NCBI GenBank assembly: GCA_963665325.3
Contig: OZ224045.1
Location: 1,568,001 to 1,632,000 of the forward strand
DNA length: 64,000 nt
Source: Alphaproteobacteria bacterium
Lineage (GTDB): Bacteria > Pseudomonadota > Alphaproteobacteria > Bin95
Reading direction: 5' to 3'
Below, piece after piece: positions 60,397 to 64,000 of this stretch. Below the pieces are notes generated by a model. That model had not been told where the DNA came from. It was given only the letters and a program-made list of their open reading frames with translations, and did no database searches. Each line of letters begins with the position of its first letter. The stretch's first letter is position 1. A program made the translations under genes and the position numbers.

Positions 60397-61361
60397 GTGT
60401 CCCTGCGGTCGTTGCCGTTGAGGGCGGCGAGGCGGTATCCGCCTTCGGATGCGCGCTCGACGCGTCCTTCGCGGACGAGCCTGTGCAGCGCCTCGGCGAC
60501 GGTTGCGGGCCGGGTTGCCGCGCGCTCGCGGATCCGGCGCTGGGAGAGCGGCGCGTCGGCGTCGGCGAGGGCCTGCAGGATGCGCCGTTCGGGGGTATCC
60601 GGCTCCGGCGCCTGGTCTTCCGGCGTCTCGCGCAACCGCAGGGCGGGGCGCTCGTCGTCGTCGGCGAGTTCGATCTCGAGGTCTTCGAGGCCAGGGGCGT
60701 CGCGATGCTCGACGGTCATGAGGATCTGGCGGTCTCGCCGGCGCAGGTACAGATTCGAATCGCCCCAGGCGTGAAGTTCGCTGCTGCCGCGCAGCGCCTG
60801 CCCGGGCCGGGAGCCGCCGCTCTTTCGTGCGTGATGGACGAGGAGGACGGCGGTTTCGAAGCGGCGCTGTATGTCGCGCAGGAAGCCCAGCATGGGGGCG
60901 ACCTCGGCGACGGTATTTTCGTCGACGCCGTGCAGGCGCACGAGGGGGTCGAGGACGACGAGGCGGGGTGAGACGCGCTCCACCGTCTCGACCAGGCGCT
61001 GGCGATCGGCGCGATGGTCGAGACGCAGCGTGGGCACGTCGATGACGGCGATGTCGAGGGTCTCGAACGCGGTGCCTGCCGCCTTTGCGATGCCCTGGAG
61101 GCGTGCGCGCACGATATGGCCGGCGTCCTCGGCGGCGAACAGCAGCACGGGGCCGCTTGCGGCGGGACGGAAGTGGCGCAGGCAGGGGACGCCGGCGGCG
61201 ACCGCGACGGCGATGTCGAGTGCGAGGAAGGATTTGCCGCACTTGGGCTCGCCGCCGACGATGCCGACGCCCTGCTCGGACCACAACGCCTCGACCATCC
61301 AGCGGCGCGCCTGGGGGCGCTCTTCGAGCTCCGCCGGCGCCCGTGTCGGGAAGCCCTTCAC
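60363..61361 (-). CDS. AAA_25/RepA-like (SF4 helicase-type) ATPase with C-terminal wHTH
   Basis: GEPKCGKS, AAED, LVVLDP, VHHARK, LRGSS; GTGA overlap with the upstream gene. Confidence 0.85.
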   Translation of the reverse strand: MKGFPTRAPAELEERPQARRWMVEALWSEQGVGIVGGEPKCGKSFLALDIAVAVAAGVPCLRHFRPAASGPVLLFAAEDAGHIVRARLQGIAKAAGTAFETLDIAVIDVPTLRLDHRADRQRLVETVERVSPRLVVLDPLVRLHGVDENTVAEVAPMLGFLRDIQRRFETAVLLVHHARKSGGSRPGQALRGSSELHAWGDSNLYLRRRDRQILMTVEHRDAPGLEDLEIELADDDERPALRLRETPEDQAPEPDTPERRILQALADADAPLSQRRIRERAATRPATVAEALHRLVREGRVERASEGGYRLAALNGNDRRDTLPKTVTASNP

Positions 61362-62191
61362 CGCCGCGCCCTCCTCGGCTTGGCGGGTTCGCCCAGGGTC
61401 TCGATGAAGAGCTTCTCGTCGAGGACCTCGCGCTCCTTCTCGGCGGCGGCGGCGAGCAGGGCGTCGGCCATGACGGTGAGCGCCCGCGGGTTGCCGTCGG
61501 CATGGGCGACCAGGGTGTCCTTGAGGCCCGCGGTCATGAGGCCGGGATTGCCGGCCTGCTCGATCAGATGGTCGAGCAGGGCCGCGAGGTCGCCGGCCTC
61601 GGCCTTGGTCATGACCAGGCGCTGGCGGATGCGCGAGGCGATGGGCTGCAGATCGGGCTGGCGGAGCTTGTCGAGCAGGCGCGTGTCGCCGGCGAGGACG
61701 ACCGAGAGGATGGCGCGCGAGTCGAAGTCGGTCGAAGCCAGCAGGCGGATCTCGGAGAACACCGAGGGCAGCAGCTCCTGGGCCTCGTCGACGAGCACGA
61801 CGGGGCGCATGCGGGTATCGTCGACATGGGCGAGCCAGCGCTCGCGCAGGCTTTTGAAGCTGGCCCAGCGGTTGTTGTACATCAGGTCGACGCCGAACAT
61901 CTCGCCGATCTCGCGGTAGAAGTCGGACAGCCGGGAGGAGGGATGGGTGATGGCGGCGATGCTGAGCCCCTCGCAGCGGCCGAGACGGTCGGCGAGCAGG
62001 CGCAACGCCACACTCTTTCCGGCGCCGGGCTCGCCGGCGATCAAGGCGAAGCCGCCCTGGCGCACCAGGTGGCGCTCGATCCTGAGGCAGAAGCTGTCGA
62101 CGGCAGGCGTCGCCATGAGACTGTCGACCGGCAGGTCGGTGGCGAAGGGGTTCCACTTGAGCCCGTAGAAGGTGAGCAGTTCCCGGTTCAT
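61358..62191 (-). CDS. ExeA-family AAA ATPase (MuB/TnsC-like partner)
   Basis: YGLKWNPF, GEPGAGKS, VDEAQ, GNPRAL. Confidence 0.88.
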   Translation of the reverse strand: MNRELLTFYGLKWNPFATDLPVDSLMATPAVDSFCLRIERHLVRQGGFALIAGEPGAGKSVALRLLADRLGRCEGLSIAAITHPSSRLSDFYREIGEMFGVDLMYNNRWASFKSLRERWLAHVDDTRMRPVVLVDEAQELLPSVFSEIRLLASTDFDSRAILSVVLAGDTRLLDKLRQPDLQPIASRIRQRLVMTKAEAGDLAALLDHLIEQAGNPGLMTAGLKDTLVAHADGNPRALTVMADALLAAAAEKEREVLDEKLFIETLGEPAKPRRARR

Positions 62192-63663
62192 GGCGCATCT
62201 CCCCGATCTTCGTCCTCGCCCGGACCGGGCGTCTTGTCATGGGGCAGCCAGGCCGGCGGCAGGCCGGTTGCGGCCTGGGCGTCGAGCATGCCCTTGAGCA
62301 GCGGCGGAAGTTCCCCCGTCCCCGCGCCGCCATTGCCATCGTTGCCGCCGGGGCCGGCGGGACGGCGCACGCCATCGGCGTTGCCGCGCTTGTCGAGGGG
62401 GTACAGCGTGCACAGGCGCTCGCCGCCTCGACCGTCGATCAGATCGACGCTGGCGAGGTTCCAGCGCGCGTAACGGATCCAGGCCTCGCGCAGGTGGCGC
62501 CACGGCTGTGGCACCTGGTAGCGGATGCCCTCGACCGAGACGGTGCCGTCCGAGCGCCTGAGCGTGCGCTTCCTGGTGATGCGGAAGGCCGCCTTGAGCT
62601 CGGCCGAGCCGGGGCAGGATCTCGACGCGTCGACGCTCCCGGCCAGGCGTTGATGCGGCGTCATGCCGAGCTCGCGGTGCTTGCGGCGGTGATAGTCCTG
62701 CTCCAGCCAGGCGATGGTGGCGTCGTTGAGCATCTTCAAGGTAAGCGCGTCGACGCCTTCGAGCTGAGCCATCAGGCGCGATTCGACCGTGCCCCAGAAC
62801 GACTCGATCTTGCCGTTCTGATGGGGGCTGTAAGCGAGCGTCGTGACCCCCGCGATGCCGAGCCGGTGCAACCCCTCCTCGACCTCGCCCGCGGTCATCG
62901 CCGCGCCGTTGTCGGTCAGCAGGGACCTCGGCAGACCGCGCTTCATGAAGGCCTGGCAAAGGCCGTGGACGAACACCTCGGCGGTCTCGGCGAGGTACCA
63001 CTGAAGGTGGCAGCCGAGGCGCGAGTGGTCGTCGAGGAAGCCGAGCAGGATCGGCGTCTTCCACTCGCCCGAGGCGGTCAGCACGCGACGCTTGGCGCTG
63101 TGCATGTCGGCGTGCCACAGGGCGTGAGAGCGCGAGACCTCGTAGCTCAATACCTCGCGGGCTTCGACCGCCGGCCTGGCCTCGCTCTCATGCCACTTGC
63201 GCCGGCGCTTGCGTACCAGCCCGCGAGCCCGCATCGCCCGGGTCAGCGTCGCGTAGGACGGTATCGGGCCGAGCTCGGGATCGGCCTCGACCCGCGCGGC
63301 CAGATTCTCGTGATGAAGCTGCGCCGACCACGACGGATGCGCCCGGTACTGCTCGTGCAGCGCCTCGATCAGCGTCGGCGACATCGCGCGCGGGCGCCCG
63401 GCATCGGCGCGCGGGCGCCGCTTGAGCGCCCCCACCGGATCGTTGTCCGCCGCCCGCGCCTGGTAGTACCAGCGCTCGATCGTGGACACCGCGAAGCGCA
63501 CCCGGCCCTTGCCGGACGGGTGATCCCACTCGCGTTCGGCAAGCCGCTCAAGCTCGGCGTGCAGCCGCCCCGCCGGCGGCGGCGAGGCCAGAAGCGGCCC
63601 GACCACCGCGAAGCGCAACCGCGCCCACCGGTCGCGACGCTCGCTCCCGTCGTTGCTGTTCAT
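62188..63663 (-). CDS. DDE (rve) transposase with Mu-like C-terminal domain
   Basis: LWHAD, LDDHSR, TDNGAA, GKIESFW, DGTVSVEG.RYQVP. Confidence 0.9.
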   Translation of the reverse strand: MNSNDGSERRDRWARLRFAVVGPLLASPPPAGRLHAELERLAEREWDHPSGKGRVRFAVSTIERWYYQARAADNDPVGALKRRPRADAGRPRAMSPTLIEALHEQYRAHPSWSAQLHHENLAARVEADPELGPIPSYATLTRAMRARGLVRKRRRKWHESEARPAVEAREVLSYEVSRSHALWHADMHSAKRRVLTASGEWKTPILLGFLDDHSRLGCHLQWYLAETAEVFVHGLCQAFMKRGLPRSLLTDNGAAMTAGEVEEGLHRLGIAGVTTLAYSPHQNGKIESFWGTVESRLMAQLEGVDALTLKMLNDATIAWLEQDYHRRKHRELGMTPHQRLAGSVDASRSCPGSAELKAAFRITRKRTLRRSDGTVSVEGIRYQVPQPWRHLREAWIRYARWNLASVDLIDGRGGERLCTLYPLDKRGNADGVRRPAGPGGNDGNGGAGTGELPPLLKGMLDAQAATGLPPAWLPHDKTPGPGEDEDRGDAP

Positions 63664-63711
63664 TCCGGCATCCCCCTCGCTGCTTCGTGGAGGTGCCGAT
63701 GATGCGGTGCC

Positions 63712-64000
63712 CTATCCGTGCATCATAGAAACGCTTTCTGCGGGCGAAGCCGGACCTGCGCCGAGCGCGCAAAAGCCGGTCCACGGCATCAGCCAGACCA
63801 GGCTCCGCAGCAGCCGCGAGCGGAAGCCACGGCCCCGCATGATGCGCAGCAGCCGGCGCAGCGGCGCCTCTTCGGGCGGCGCCGCCAGCTCGCCCCGTCT
63901 CGCCTGCCACTCCCGGGTCAGCGGGAAGGCTTCCAGCCACCAGCGCCGCCAGCGCTTCAGCGTCGAGGCCGGAACCCCGCACCGCCGCGCGATCGTCTGC
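63712..64000 (-). CDS. Transposon accessory protein with HTH-like segment, partial
   Basis: Manual translation: QTIARRCGVPASTLKRWRRWWLEAFP...SMMHG*. Confidence 0.6.
   Translation of the reverse strand, partial: QTIARRCGVPASTLKRWRRWWLEAFPLTREWQARRGELAAPPEEAPLRRLLRIMRGRGFRSRLLRSLVWLMPWTGFCALGAGPASPAESVSMMHG

Larger units (their letters stand above)
60090..64000 (-). mobile_element. Mu/Tn7-like multi-gene transposable element, partial
   Basis: TG terminus at the istA break; DDE transposase, ExeA-like ATPase and RepA-like ATPase coupled by 4-nt overlaps. Confidence 0.72.

Noticed and set aside
61358-63663. CRISPR-associated transposon or type II secretion ExeA
   Set aside because: No cas, tniQ or array in the window and no secretion genes; the ATPase is coupled to the transposase.
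1-64000. tRNA/rRNA genes, including selC
   Set aside because: None recognised in the intergenic regions, so the selenoprotein call lacks in-window machinery support.

Overview
GC-rich alphaproteobacterial chromosomal window. The host assignment is inferred from an alpha-type LexA box and the xseB-ispA-dxs-tlyA, rluD-rpoH and ybbN-LON-Trm112 gene orders. The oxygenase-rich gene set and an FN3-repeat surface protein suggest a host-associated, possibly sponge-symbiont lifestyle (inference). Content: imuA-imuB-dnaE2 SOS cassette, fhs, zur/znuABC, many catabolic enzymes, isoprenoid genes, rpoH, degP, and a right end where an FN3 adhesin is cut by an IS21 that is in turn cut by a Mu-like element. 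Main leads: (1) a GNAT acetyltransferase with an in-frame TGA at the position where homologs carry Cys, followed by a SECIS-like hairpin (candidate selenoprotein); (2) two integrase-less, lower-GC cargo genes, each sitting between diverged duplicates of a host gene's 3' end; (3) a transposon-like element carrying a DDE transposase, an ExeA-like ATPase and a RepA-like helicase plus an iteron/hairpin array; (4) a ~500 bp unexplained non-coding element with its own promoter-like motif and 10-bp-phased repeats. All family calls come from motif recognition by eye; no searches were run.
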